A stretch of 64,000 bases of DNA from Octopus vulgaris (GCA_951406725.2 OX597835.1:30070001-30134000); one strand, 5' to 3'. Shown: positions 1 to 15,671, counted from the first letter of the stretch. Program-made: numbers and translations. The notes: generated from the letters alone by a model not told the origin.

Positions 1-489
1 AATATGGTGGACCAGCATGGCCGAAGTCTGATAACTGAAACAGGTAAAATAATGAAAAAAAAAGGTAAGATCTATACGGAAGGCCACTTCGTGAACTCAG
101 TAAGTCCATGCAAATATTACAATGGTCCAAGAATTTCTTGTGCGTCAATTTATTTTGAGTGGATAAAGTGCTGCATAGCACCGAACACACTGCTGTCAGC
201 TATAACACCAGAGATTTCAGACGATTCGAAACAAACTGCACTTCAGGGCCTTTAATATGAGTTTACCTTCTCCTTCAAGGAAGTTCTAACGAGAACTAAG
301 TGTTCTTCAATCCCAGTCGTTCACATGCTAGTTAACTCATAGATAGGTCCCTAATAGGTGTTACTATTAGGGTAACAGCTCTTAGGGTAACACCTATAAG
401 GGTTACTACCCACATAGGTGTTACTATTAGGGTAATACCTATTAGGATCCCATCTATCGGAATAGATCATTGAACAATAGTGGCTAAGA

Positions 490-750
490 GGTAAAAGGTA
501 AAGGTAGAGTGACCATTTCGAATCATACAGTCTCATAAGGGCCGGTTTCCTCGTTTCTCGATTTCATGGCGTATATATTCTTCACCAGGAGGGGGCCCCA
601 CTCCGTCGCAGGAATACTCAATTGTGCCAGCTGAGTGGACTGGGGGAATGTGAAATGAAGTGTTTTGCTCAAGAACACAACGCGTCGCCCGAAACCGCAA
701 TCTTACGATCGTCGGTCCCAAACCCTAACCACTAAGCCACGCGCCTCCAC
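490..750 (-). mobile_element. tRNA-derived SINE (family C)
   Basis: Reverse strand starts GGAGGCGCGTGGCTTAGTGGTTAGGG (A-box-like head), continues with the TTGAGCAAAACACTTCATTTCAC...CCAGTCCACTCAGCTGGCA core shared with 9385-9688, 51930-52150 and 53455-53715, and ends in an (ACCTTT)-type tail. Confidence 0.75.
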
Positions 751-971
751 TGGCTGAAAGATGCTCCCACACTCAACAAAACCGTCGTCTCCAGTAACAG
801 GGCCGCACTATTCAGATATAGTTTAAATTAATACTTCGGACATACATACACAGAAATATATACACCTGCATACATGCACACACACGCATACACACACACT
901 CATACATGCATGCATACATATACACACACACTTATATGTGTATGTGCGAGTGTATGTATACTTTTATGCAT

Positions 972-1002
<31 letters not shown>

Positions 1003-1099
1003 CATAACTATCTGTCTGTCTGTCTATCTGTCTGTCTATCAATCTATATATTTATATATATCAATCTATCTATTTATCCATTTATCTATCTATCTGTAA

Positions 1100-1152
<53 letters not shown>

Positions 1153-1605
1153 CCTACCTACCTACTTGCCAACCTTCCAACCAACCTATCTATATATCCA
1201 TATGTATATGTGTATGTATGTATGTATGTATGTATGTATGTATGTATGTATGTATGTATGGGTATACCTATGGGTGTGGTTGTGAGTGGGTGTGTGTGTG
1301 TGTGTGTGTGCGGGCGTGTGCATGTATAAGCTGCGAGAAGGAGGAGGAAGAGTGAGAAGGAAAATATATATTCAAAGAGAATGAGGAAAGAGAGAAAGAC
1401 GTAGATCATATATAATTTTCAGTCTATATCATTGAAAATTGAAATTTTTTTTCTATTTCCTGTCAAAACATTATTAATATTGGAAATATAATTCAGTTAA
1501 AATCTTTGTTTTATTTGAATGATTGAAAAGTTGAGAACATTTTGAAATGGGGCAGAATAAATGCAATAAGCTGTTAGTTTAACGTGGCTTATCATACCCT
1601 TAACA

Positions 1606-1643
<38 letters not shown>

Positions 1644-1934
1644 TGGAGACGGGCATATTCATACATATATACACACACACGTTTAAAAACATGAACGTAA
1701 AAAAATTAATGGGAATATATATTTATGTACACATGTAGGTATTTCATATTTTAAAATATTCGGCTTGTGTTTTATTCACGTATATATATATATATATGCA
1801 AATATATATATGTGTATATATGTATATATATATATACATATACATATATATATATATCGTACATATATATATATATAAGTATGCAACTATATACATAGAC
1901 ACACAAAAATATATATATATATTCCTATATATAC

Positions 1935-2047
<113 letters not shown>

Positions 2048-2240
2048 TGTAATGTTCAAAACATTTTAAGTATGCTTCAAATTGTTTAAATATCGTTTGA
2101 TGTTCTCCTCCTGGAAGATTTTTTAACATTTAGTTTAAACATATATATGTACAAATATATATTCATATATAGAGAATATATGAAAGCATTTATCTGCTTA
2201 TATTTACGTACAGAACATATATGCATATGTAAGTAAGTAA

Positions 2241-2294
<54 letters not shown>

Positions 2295-2681
2295 CAGTTC
2301 TGTCGCTCTGACGCTTTTTGCGTACGTTTCATCGCATAAATTGTATAATACAATGTATACAGAAAAAGACAACTATATATAGATATAGATTTGTTTTTAA
2401 TTTATATACATTTTATCTTAAACATTTCCAATCATATATAAAATCCTCTATAATCATTGCCAGTATGTATAATAAATATGTTGATAGGTAGTTTCGATAT
2501 GTAGATATATTCGCTAATATTATAGTGTTCATTCCGAAATATACACTCCCACACGTATATTTATGTAGATAATTGAATATCATCATTTGCATATCTATTG
2601 TGCGTATGTACGTACGAATTCGGGTTTATATCTACTTACACAAATATTAGAAATATGTTTATGTATGTATGTACGTATATA

Positions 2682-2729
<48 letters not shown>

Positions 2730-2826
2730 TATAGAGAGATAGATATATACATATATAAATATATTTGGGGGGGTGTACACAATTGTGTATATCTGTATAC
2801 ATATATATATTTATTGTATATATAAA

Positions 2827-2859
<33 letters not shown>

Positions 2860-2862
2860 GCA

Positions 2863-2937
<75 letters not shown>

Positions 2938-3048
2938 GAATTGTTATATATATATGTGTGTTTGTGTGTATGTATATATATGTATATATATAATTATATT
3001 TATATATGCATACACATATTTATATACAAATAAATAATATATGAATAT

Positions 3049-3194
<146 letters not shown>

Positions 3195-3554
3195 ATATAA
3201 ATGTATGTAAATCTGACTCTAAATCTGAAACACTACATTATGCTTACATATTCGCCCATTAATTATCCATTACGCATTGCTCCTCCTCTTCCCACTCCTC
3301 CTTCATATAGCAGAACCGCCTTCACTCTACTTAGTTTTACTTATATATACATATCAGATTCTCTCTGTCTCTCCCTCTGTCTCTTTGTCTCTCTGTAATG
3401 TTAAACTGGTTTGAGGGACCACGATCAATAAATATTGACATAATTAAACAGAGAAATAACGAAATAAATAAGGGTTATTAGCCTCCTCCCCCCGTCACCA
3501 CGACATATTTTGCTTCCGTTTCATTCATCACTAATATGGAGTAGAAATAAAAAT

Positions 3555-4325
<771 letters not shown>

Positions 4326-5074
4326 TCATCGAGTAATTATTACTTTCGAGGATCTGCTAACTAGGAAACATGTAGCTTGGATTTTACCAGCTCTGTTCCC
4401 TGTGTGTGCGCGTGTGTGTGTGTGTGTGTAGGGTATGTGTTTTGCGCTTGTACCCTACAAGTACTTGACAATTGGTTTTGATTATTTTTTACGTCCTTGT
4501 AAATTAGTTGACCAGTAAATGACCCATGGAATATGAACCACACTTAAAAAGTACTGCGGCGATTTGTTCAACTAAACACTTCAAGGGTGTGCACCAGCGT
4601 GGCCGCAGACCAATGACTTAAAAAGAGTAAAAGATTAAAGATGAAAGATGACTAAGAGCCCTATTCACCATCAACATCATCACCAGCAACATCTCCTCCA
4701 TCATCACCACGATCACTACCACCATCAGTACCACTACCACCACCACAATCCTCACAACCATAAACACAATATTAAGCACCTGCCTACTCGCCCCACTCGC
4801 TAGAAATAGTAACTAAATTATCCTTCCAGTGTTAGTCAGGCATAGAAATGTAGCTTATACTTTCCGTAAAAAATTATATATATATTCATGTATTAAGCAT
4901 AATGTTCCTTGATATATTACTGGTATTTTGTTATTATTTTTAACATATATTACATATACAACGATAAGAGGGTTATATTCATTCTCAGTAACTGAAAAAT
5001 ATACACGCATAGAAAGCTAAACACGCACGCACGCACACGCACACATACATACACTCATTTATATAGATATAAAT

Positions 5075-5640
5075 GCGAATTTGAAGGGATATTTCAACAC
5101 CATGGAGATAACAGCACAAAATAACCTATGCATGGAAAACCTAGAAATGGAACTCAACCGATAGAAATGAAGACAGCAGAAACTTCTAGCAGGGCTCACA
5201 ACACGAGAGATAATAAGAAAAAAGATTTAGGTCTCTGCAAATGTGCCTGGGGTGCAGCATGTCTGTTAGACTGAAGATTTCTGACGAGGGACCTGGGAGA
5301 AAGAACGTACTTCTATATAAGGGGAAGCTCTCTTAATTTCAAGAGAAGGCTAGCCAATCCCTTAAATTCTTTCAGTAATAGGAAAAAGATGAAGAGCACG
5401 AGCGTAAGCAAACTAATCTGGTCAATTAAAAACAGGAACTATAGATATGCTACGGAGTGGGTGATAATCAGTACAGCTAAAACCTATCGAGCAGAGGTAC
5501 GTAGGTGTGACTTTGGTATAGAAGAATTATACCAAATATTTACATCAAGAAAGACGTTACTTAATACCAAACATAAACATATCTTAAGGTGTTTAGACAA
5601 TCACAAGACATTTAAAAAATTTAAAGTAAGTTCTAGATAA
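5075..5640 (+). pseudogene. Penelope-like element GIY-YIG endonuclease remnant
   Basis: Translates LCKCAWGAACLLD*... then YFYIRGSSLNFKRRLANPLNSFSNRKKMKSTSVSKLIWSIKNRNYRYATEWVIISTAKTY...RRCDFGIEELYQI...LLN...C. This follows the CxC..C / YIG / FKxRxxxHxxSF / STxLSKxIW / C-x-LC pattern of PLE C-terminal endonucleases; it carries a stop and a deletion. Confidence 0.8.
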
Positions 5641-6467
5641 CCCACTATTATATTCGTCACACAGGGATTTATACGACGATATAAAGACCAAAAAGAAGAA
5701 AATAATTGTGATTTAAGGGGTATTAAGATGTTATTTTTTAGCATAACCCACGACTATCTGATACCTACTCATTCGTTTGTCGTTCTGACCTATTAATGCT
5801 TTTCAATATATTTCTCCTCATAAACACACTTAATGGTCTATTACAAGGATTTAAAACTAAGATTTAAACTGGGTTTAAACTGCGATTAAAAAAAAAAACG
5901 AAAATATTTTTAAAAATTAGAAAAACCATTTCTAAAAAAATTTTTAATTTTCCTTTCATAGTCTTATGAATTCCCATGTGTAGAGCACAAATTCACGAAT
6001 ATTGTCTGAAAATTCCAAAGAATAAAAAAGTCGTGAGGGATTACATGCCGTACATAAAGCAGAAATCCACCTTTGTTTATCGACCCCGAATAATTGAAAG
6101 TCAAGTCGACTTCGGCGGAATTTAAATATATACTATAAAGAAACGGAAGAAATGCAGTTGACTATTTCGTCCGGCAAGGTAAAAATTCTAGCAGTGATCG
6201 CATTAGTTTGGTCTTAGAGCTTATAGTTCTTATGATAGTGACCATTGTACAATGGTGACAATTTACATAGGAATAGTTATGCTGGGGGCTGATGATGATC
6301 ACAAAGGGAATATACAAAATTTTCCTCGGAGGATAAGTTTACGGTCATAGGAAATGAATTGCATCACGTAGAAATTATATCAAAAGTGTGTGTGTGTCTA
6401 TGTGTGTGTGTGCGTGTGTCTGGGTGTGTCCATCTATCTGTCTGTCAATAGATCGATCGATCGGTCA

Positions 6468-6526
<59 letters not shown>

Positions 6527-6610
6527 AATCTATATATCTATATCTATATCTATCTAAGTATATATATATTTATATCAAGCTATCTATCTGTCTGTCTGTC
6601 TGTCTGTCTG

Positions 6611-6682
<72 letters not shown>

Positions 6683-6858
6683 TGCGATGGACTGGCGTCC
6701 CATCCAACTAGAGGGAACACATACGCCACAGAAACTGGGATCCTGGCCCATGAGTCTGGCTAGGCTTGAAAAGGGCGACGTTTATATATATATATATATA
6801 TATAAATATGTCTGTCTGTCTGTCTGCCTGTCGTTCTATCGATCAATCTATTTATCTC

Positions 6859-6914
<56 letters not shown>

Positions 6915-6919
6915 GTCTG

Positions 6920-7027
<108 letters not shown>

Positions 7028-7221
7028 GTTAGCTAGCTAGCTATTTAACAACTTAAAACATTTGCAAATGAAGAAAAGATGCAAAATTATCAATGCGCTG
7101 CTGAATTCAGAAATGAATATTAAGTGAAAAAATTTATCAAAAAGTTATTGAAAAATTGTGATAGAAGTTGATAAATAGATTAACGCAGAGCATGAGATGG
7201 TGTGTGGTGGAGATAGAAGGA

Positions 7222-7269
<48 letters not shown>

Positions 7270-7688
7270 AATAGAGGGGGATACGTGGAGGGAGGGAGTT
7301 TAGTGAGGAATGGGGAAGATTTTGGGGTGGGATATTAGAAATTGAACAAAAGAAAAAAGATTTCAAAAATAAATTTTAAATCTGAGCTCTAAATGAAATT
7401 AAATCACCGTAAACAACAACAACAACAACAACAGCAGAAGCAAGTACAATTACAACAAAAGCACACTCAACAACAACAACAGCCATAAATTACAAGGATA
7501 GCTTCCACTACAGTATACATAAACATATAACTCTTTCAATGGGTCACACGCAAGTACACACACACACCACGCACACACACACACATACACACGCACAAAT
7601 ACATATATACATATAGTTTATATATATATATATATATATATACACTATATTTAATCAATCACACAATGTGTACATATAAAATATATAC

Positions 7689-8080
7689 AGGCGTGGCTGT
7701 GTGGTATAAAGTTTTCTTCCCCAAATATGCGGCTCCGGGTTCAGTCCCAATGCGAGGCACCTTGGGCAAGTGTCTTCTACTATAGCTTCAGAACAACCAA
7801 TGCCTTGTGGCAGACGGAAAATGAAAGAAGCACCCCGTATATAAATATATATATATATATAATATTTATATATATATGTATATACACGAGGTGCATGTAT
7901 CTGTGTCTGTCCCTCACACCACCACCTTACATCCAGTGTTGGTTTGTTTACGTCTCCGTAAATTAGCGGTTCGGTAAAAGGTCCTGATTAAATAAGTTCT
8001 GGCGGCGATTGGTTTGAGTAAAATTCTTCAAGGCAGTGCCCCAGCATCGCCATAGACTAATTACTGAAACAAATAATATA
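7689..8080 (+). mobile_element. tRNA-derived SINE (family A), degraded
   Basis: TGGCTGTGTGG A box, GGTTCAGTCC B box, CACCTTGGGCAAGTGTCTTCTACTATAGC core and CCAGCAT...CTGAAACAA tail. Confidence 0.85.
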
Positions 8081-8081
8081 A

Positions 8082-9017
8082 CAGGGTGAGTGAAAAGTAA
8101 GCAAAGTTTTGAAATATGAAGTTCATCAAAATATATTTCAGCAATGCGGATATTTTATTCATCAAAGTACCATTACAATCAACCCATTTTTGCCAATAAG
8201 ATATAAGTTTGTTTATTCCTGAAACATAAAAATCTGGTGTTCTGGAGCTGATGAACTCTTTGAACGCACTTTTAGCATCGGTTTGAATTTTGAACTCTTT
8301 CTCTCGCAGGAAACCATCAAGGTGCTTGAAAAAATGGCAGTCGGTAGGAGAAAGGTCTGGAGAATAAAGTGGGAGAGGGAGGAGTACATCGAAGCTAAGT
8401 TCCCTCAACTTCTGGAGCGTCATTAGTGAAACGTGCGGTCAAGCATTGTCATGAAGAATGACTGACCCTCTTCTGTCGACCAGTCTGGGATGGAGGAGTA
8501 GAAGGTTTTCGTTCATTTTGGCAATTTCAGGGAAATATGTTTCTGCAGTAATGGTTTTTCCGGGTTTTAAGAAGTTATAGTGGATGAATCCGGCAGTACA
8601 CAACCAAACAGCCACCATAACCTTGTTTTTGAAGTGCTCGGGTTCAGGGAAGGTTTACAGTGCTTCATTTTGGTCCAACCACTGCGAAGAAATTTTTTTT
8701 TTATTATTGTGCAGAATTCACTTTCCATCGCAAGTTACAATACGGTCGAGAAATGGATTGGTCTGGTTACGGAGAAGAAGCGACAAGCAAATTTTGTCTG
8801 GGCATTTTCTGATTTTTCATTCAAATCGTGTGGTACACATTTGTCGAACTTCTTTGATTTTCCTTTCGCATGCAAATAGTTTCCGGTAGTTTTCTGGCAA
8901 ACTTGAAGTTCTTTTGTCAGTTCTCGAGTGGATTTACGCGGATCTTCTTCAATGACCGTCTTTAATTGACCGTCTTCGATGACAGATGGGCGTCCACTAT
9001 GTTCACATTCTTCAAGC
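8082..9017 (-). mobile_element. mariner (DD34D) transposon remnant, 5'-truncated transposase pseudogene with one TIR
   Basis: Minus-strand motifs SGRPSVIED, CVPHDL (WVPHEL), IVTCDGK* (TxDEKW), LHDNA*PH, YSPDLSPTD and a WQKWVDCNG end; a TIR-like CAGGGTGAGTGAAAAGTAAGC starts at 8082; in-frame stops are present. Confidence 0.93.
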
Positions 9018-9384
9018 TATTTAACAACTTAAAACATCTGCAAATGAAGAAAAGATGCAAAATTATCAATGCAAAGTTACCAAAGGCTTGCTTTTTATCT
9101 AGTTAAATTCCATTTCTCATGTAGTGCAGTCTATAAAGATACCTGTACAGGGATTCGCGCTATAATACAGTAGTGCGAACCACATATAGTTAAAATATGC
9201 AGACACCATGTTACTGATATTTCGGATATTTGGTTATGCGCGTTTCAGTAGAGAATATGGCGGAGGATTAAGCACATGAAAGATATCGAAATATCTATAT
9301 CACTAATTAATACATTAACATTCTGAATGATGTTTTTTAGCTAATTTTTCTTTCATTTTCTGACACAGATAGACACATATATTA

Positions 9385-9688
9385 ATGTGCCCCCCTTTCG
9401 TTCATGAAGGGCCATGGGATTGCACCTAGAAAGTTACCCTGCGAGGCACAAGTCCGACCAAAGTTGTTTATGGAAGACCAGCAGTGGCCCAGGCATACCA
9501 GCCTGAAACTCTCAAAGGGAAAAGCAAAGGGGCCGATACGGCTTGGCATCACTGACATCACAACTCATTTCTACAGCTGAGTGAACTGGAGCAAAAGTGA
9601 AATAAAGTGTCTTGCTCAAGAACACAACACGCAGCCTGGTCTGGGAACCGAACTCACAACCTCACAATCACTGAGACATGCGCCTTCA
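9385..9688 (-). mobile_element. tRNA-derived SINE (family C head, different 3' body)
   Basis: Shares CAGCTGAGTGAACTGGAGCAA..GTGAAATAAAGTGTCTTGCTCAAGAACACAAC with 490-750. Confidence 0.7.
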
Positions 9689-9692
9689 CTGT

Positions 9693-9744
<52 letters not shown>

Positions 9745-9763
9745 ATATATATATATATGTACG

Positions 9764-9798
<35 letters not shown>

Positions 9799-9901
9799 GT
9801 ACGTATATATATATATATATGTATATATATATGTACGTATATATATATATATATATATACACATACACACACACACATATGTATGTATATATATATATGT
9901 T

Positions 9902-9956
<55 letters not shown>

Positions 9957-10809
9957 GTATATATATACACATATTCATACATATAAATACGGATGCATAT
10001 GAATGCACTAATGAATATATGTCCACATAAATTTGCGTGCATGCATATATATACATGCATGCGTATATACATTTATATGCCACTCACACATACGGTCTCT
10101 CTTTTTCGCATAAGGAGACTAACATACTCATATATATTCATACACATTAAAAATACTATCCACACATACACATACACGCGCAGACAATTCAACCTCCATC
10201 TGCAAACCGTGACAGTACACTGCTGCTAAATACGATGCAAACAAACACAGAAGCCAGCAATTTCTTGTTAAAGCTAAAGAAGGCATATTTTCCACTCGAG
10301 TTGGCATTTCTTTTAACAACTTAAAAATACGCTCCAGCCTCTAAATACTAAACAGTAGGGCAATTGAGGCAAGCTTCTGTTCAGAGCTCCCTTAATGGCA
10401 TTCGAACCCGCTGGGAAAGTAGATACTTAACTACCAACTCAATAGTTTCTCTCTTTGTCTTGAAACCCCACCACCTCTGTAAAAATGCACGTCACACCAC
10501 ACCGATGTACACTATTACACTTCACCATATCACACAACGTCCACAACACACCACCTTCCCGTAACTCTTCGCTTATATCCGCACCACGCCACACACGTCT
10601 TCTATCTTATTCTCCACCTCTCTTTACCTGTCGTCTGTTTCTTTCAATTTTCCTCCCATCGTCTGATTTCATCCATTTTTGTTTTATCATCTTTGCTTAC
10701 CTTTTTTTGCTTTTATTTTCTACTTTTATTTTTTATCATTTTATCTCGTAATCTCTATTTTACCTTACATTTTACCTCTTCTTTTCTTTATCTTCTTATC
10801 TCTCTCCTA

Positions 10810-10841
<32 letters not shown>

Positions 10842-11121
10842 TTCTTTCTGTTCCCTCTGTTTCACTATCTCTGTCTCTCACCCCATCAATCTCATTTTTG
10901 CTTTCTCCTTCATATTAATCTGCTATTTCACCATTATTTCCTCTCCTCTTTAGCTCTTTTTTCATTATTTCTCTCCTTAATTCTTTTTTCATTCTTCCAT
11001 TCTCCCAATCACTCAGATCTCTTTTCTTTTTGTTTGTATTGAAATTTATCTTTCTTTCCCCTATTCCTCCGCCTTCTATGATTGCGCTGTCCTTTCTACT
11101 TCTTCTACTCCCATCTCCTCA

Positions 11122-11231
11122 TTCTTCTTCTTCTTCTTCTTCTTCTTCTTCTTCTTCTTCTTCTTCTTCTTCTTCTTCTTCTTCTTCTTCTTCTTCTTCT
11201 TCTTCTTCTTCTTCTTCTTCTTCTTCTTCTT
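11122..11231. repeat. (TTC)n microsatellite
   Basis: Pure TTC run visible. Confidence 0.98.
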
Positions 11232-11310
11232 GGTTTACCGGCGGTCTCACTCTACATACATTAACAAAGCCATCTTAAATACATTCACACAAAGCACTCA
11301 TATACGCCCC

Positions 11311-11378
<68 letters not shown>

Positions 11379-11497
11379 CTATTATGTATGTATATATATA
11401 TATGTACATAGATATATACATACATATACTGGGGAGAGTATCTTTTAGTGCCTTAACACACTGACCGGTAAATCCAAAACGATATATATATATACAC

Positions 11498-11565
<68 letters not shown>

Positions 11566-11954
11566 GCATATATATACATATATATATACATATGCATATA
11601 AATACATATATATATATATATATCAAGTATGTATATAAACATATATACATGCATTTATACACATGCAAGCATATATAAACATACACATACACACACAAAT
11701 TTATAAGCGTATATCTTCTACACATATGTGCGTGTGTGTGACTGTATATATATCACGGGTGTTTAAGTGTTGAAGTGTGAGTATATCGGTTCGCTCTAAG
11801 TTAGGTATTCAAAATAGTTAATTCAACAGTTAATCAATAAATCCAATAATATTCTCATAAGATAAGAATTTAGAGACATATTCCGTTGGATACGTTTATG
11901 AATTTTGCCTTAGCCATAGAGTCTCCTTGGAGTGTATAATATTAACAATAATAA

Positions 11955-12145
11955 TAATGGCTTCAGATGTTTCCTCAAGGGCAACAATTTGGGCGGACGG
12001 GATGAGGTGATTACACAGACCCCCAGTGTTCAACTAATAATCATTTTGCCGACCTCGAAAGGATGAAAGGTATAGTCGACCTCGGCGGAATTTGAACTCA
12101 GCATTTCCCCCTTTGTGCTAACGATCCTGCCAACTTCCCGCCTTA
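11955..12145 (-). mobile_element. SINE family B, degraded
   Basis: GACCTCGAAAGGATGAAAGG..GTCGACCTCGGCGGAATTTGAACTCAG module, also seen near 6080, 25600, 26150, 38015, 40205 and 54300. Confidence 0.75.
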
Positions 12146-12421
12146 TCAACAATAATAAAAATAAGGATTGTTACGAAGTGGCATAACATTACCTTTAAAT
12201 CTTATATATATATATAAGTAAATCGGTTCGCTCTAAGTTAGGTATTCAAAATAGTTAATTCAACAGTTAATCTAGAAAACCCAGTAATATTCTCATAAGA
12301 TAAGAATTTAGAGACGTATAACAACAACAACAACAACAACAACAATAATAATAATAATAATATAAATAATATATAAATATATGCATATATACATACATAT
12401 ATGTACATACCTACATATATA

Positions 12422-12798
12422 TGTATATGTACATGTATATACGGGCACAGGACATCAAAAAATGAAAACGTTGAACACAATGAGAAACGAAAACATAAAA
12501 ACAAAAACATAGAAACAAACTTTTTTTCAAACAACGTAAAAAACAGAGTACAAGACATACAACGCAAGGAATATTCCCTTTCTTCAGTTGTCCCTGTTTC
12601 ATCTACTCCGTTGTCCTTACCTTCGTTAGCGGAGTAGATGAAACAGGGACAACTGAAGAAAGGGAATATTCCTTGCGTTGCATGTCTTGTACTCTGTTTT
12701 TTACGTTGTTTAAAAGAAGTTCGTTTCTATGTTTTTGTTTCTCATTGTGTTCAACGTTTTTTTTAAAGTCCTGTACCCATATATGCATGTATATATAC
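12422..12798. repeat. Fold-back (inverted repeat) insertion, arms ~170-190 bp, ~20-bp loop; probable PLE pseudo-LTR pair
   Basis: ...AAGGAATATTCCCTTTCTTCAGTTGTCCCTGTTTCATCTACTCCG is mirrored by CGGAGTAGATGAAACAGGGACAACTGAAGAAAGGGAATATTCCTT...; flanked by TA-rich microsatellite. Confidence 0.85.
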
Positions 12799-12799
12799 A

Positions 12800-13176
12800 A
12801 CTACATGGTTCCGGGTTCAGTCCCACTGCGTGGCACCTTGGGCAAGTGTCTTCTACTATAGCCTCGGGCCGACCAAAGCCTTGTGAGTGGATTTGGTAGA
12901 CGGAAACTGAAAGAAGCCCGTTGTAAATATGTATATATATATGTATGTGTGTATATGTTTGTGTGTCTGTATTTGTCCTATCCAACATCGCTTGACAACC
13001 GATGCTGGTGTGTTTATGTCCCCGTCACTTAGCGGTTCGGCAAAAGAGACCGAAAGAATAAGTACTTGGCTTACAAAGAATAAGTCCCAGGGTCGAGTTG
13101 CTCGATTAAAGGCGGTGCCCCAGCATGGCCGCAGTCAAATGACTGAAACAAATAAAAGAGTAAAAGAGTAAAGAGT
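12800..13176 (+). mobile_element. SINE family A, 5'-clipped, near consensus
   Basis: B box GGTTCAGTCC, full core, internal (TA/TG)n and (AGTAAAAG)n tail. Confidence 0.92.
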
Positions 13177-13413
13177 AATATATATGTTGGTATGTAAATA
13201 TATGTATGTATATATGCATATATTTATATATTATTTATATTATTATTATTAATATCATTATTATTATTATTATTAGCAAAATGAAGTATGTTTTGCTCAA
13301 GATCACAACGGGTATCGGCTTGAGAATGGAAACCACGATCTCATGATCGTGAATGCGGCTCTCCTAGCCCCAAGGCCATGTGCCTTAATAGCCCGCATAT
13401 ATATATATATATG

Positions 13414-13850
13414 TACTAGCAGTATAGCCCGGCGTTGCTCGGGTTTGTTTTTTTTAGTTGCGCTTAAAACGGCAAACTTTGATGTCGCGTTAACATAGTT
13501 TTGACATAGTTTCAATCTTTTTTGAAAAGTAAAAATGTTGCATTGTGTAGCTTGTTATTCTCTTTAAGTGAATATTTTTCTGGTTGAAATACACCGCAAA
13601 ATGGTGACACAATAGTCAAAAAATTGTAAAAAATTAGGGATTTTTATAGAAAAAAAAGCACCTTTTTATGTAAATAATTTTGGTCTTAACAAAGTTTGAT
13701 TTGAATTTTGTCTCCTACGGAATGAAGAACAAGCCTTTTTCTATCATACTCTCAATTTTGGTCAACTTGCGCCGCAGGGTCTCGGAGGAGATAGTGTTTA
13801 TTGAAGGCTACCAAAGCTGCCACACACACAACTTCAGCTTTATATGTATA
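13414..13850 (-). mobile_element. Helitron-like non-autonomous element
   Basis: Minus-strand 3' end is the hairpin CCCGAGCAACGCCGGG followed by CTAG-T. The other end (CACACAACTTCAGCTTTATAT) matches the copy at 42116-42479. Confidence 0.75.
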
Positions 13851-13869
13851 TATAAATATATATATATGT

Positions 13870-14700
13870 AAAGACAATAACATGCAGTTAATGAAGAAAA
13901 ATGAAGAAAAATCCCTAGTTCTGCGCTACCACCAAACAAAGCTGAACCACATACTGACAGGACACAATGGCCCGGGAGGAGCTGCAATCCCTGAATCAAA
14001 AACAGTGCGTGACTTGGCCACTGACATGAGCATGATGCATCTCTCCAAGTGCATGTCACCAATTTGGTAATAAAATGCAGACCGATGGCTGGATGGAATC
14101 TCCGAACTTTCAAAACAAGAGAAAAAGAGACAACGATGGTCCTTTGGAGGGCATACGTCCTCACCTACTTGGAATACTGCTCCCAATTATGGTCACGACA
14201 CAATATGAAATTAACGGCGGAACTCAAAGCAGTCCAACGATGCTACACAATGTCGTCTCAATGCAATGTATCAGCTACTGGGAAAGACTAAAAAAATTAT
14301 AAATATTCTCCCTAGAATGAAGGCGGGGAAAAATATGCAGAGATATACATTTTCAAAATGCTGGAAGGCCTTGTACCAAACTTTAGTATTGAAGGTTACA
14401 CAAACAGCAGAATGGGGCGCCAGTGCAAAGTGCCAGAAATCCCAACATCAAAATATAGGACCAGATACTGAAACAGCTTGAGTTTCGAGAGACGGCAGCT
14501 CTTCAATATCCTTCCAAAAAGCCTGAGAGACGTGCATGGTGTGGATATAGGTGTCTTCAAATCAAAACTGGATCTCTCCTTGGCAATGGGTCCAGATGAG
14601 CCTACCTCAATGTAGGAAACGCAGATGAGGGTAGCGGCATCAAACTCTTCCATTCATCAAATGCCACATACGAGAGGTTTCAAATAATGGTGTAGCACAG
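13870..14700 (+). mobile_element. CR1/L2-group LINE ORF2 3' remnant
   Basis: Frameshifted VRDLA..., MAGWNLRTFKTREKETTMVLWRAYVLTYLEYCSQLWS...LKAVQR, SYWERLKKL and QLFNILPKSLRD...VFKSKLD, typical of the post-RT region of CR1-like LINEs. Confidence 0.85.
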
Positions 14701-14777
14701 CCAACGGTGGTGCCCCAGCATGACCGCAGCTTTGAAACAAACAATTTAAAGATTAAATATATATATCTAGGTATATA

Positions 14778-14821
<44 letters not shown>

Positions 14822-14895
14822 TATATATACGTACATACATACATACCTAAATACACGCATGCATACATACATAGAAACAAATACAAATTCATATA

Positions 14896-14929
<34 letters not shown>

Positions 14930-15483
14930 CGTACATGCATGGTCACACGCATTCATGTACACATGCATACATATATACATACAAGCATAAACATATACAC
15001 TCATAAATACATTCACACATGCATACAAAACATACAAACAAACATATTCATGAAGACATACTTTGCAAACATACATGCATATATACATAAATACATACAT
15101 CCGTACATTTATATATACTTACGTATATATATATATATGTATATACACCTCTGCATAACGTAAAGTAAAAGAACCAAAACAAAACAAACCTATTCCCATA
15201 TTTCGTCTTTCTGTTAAAAATATGCTCGTTAATGGTTGTTATTCTTCGCCGATTACTAAAAAGTCAGTCATCATCATGATGGCCGTCCGTTTATGTTGAT
15301 GAAATTGTTAGAAGACTCATAAAATAACAAAGTAAGCTAAATCGGCGAAAACGATCTCCTGCACACAAGAGCGCTACTTGTTATATTTTATTTATTCAGT
15401 AAAACGACACACGCCGTTACTTCTATAAGCATCACACGAAAGCACACATTGACAAATCTGTGTGTGTGTGTGTGTGTGTGTCA

Positions 15484-15553
<70 letters not shown>

Positions 15554-15635
15554 TTATATACACATATATGAAAACAGTAACACACATGTATATATATATG
15601 TGTGTGTGTGTGTGTTTTTATGTGCGGCTGAATGC

Positions 15636-15671
<36 letters not shown>

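Noticed and set aside
350-450. TTAGGG-containing mixed direct/inverted repeat as a telomeric relic
   Set aside because: Only isolated TTAGGG units in a small local rearrangement; not a tandem telomeric array.
12630-12680. GAAAC...CTGAAGA as a hammerhead
   Set aside because: The core elements are in the wrong order for type I and no closing stems could be built.
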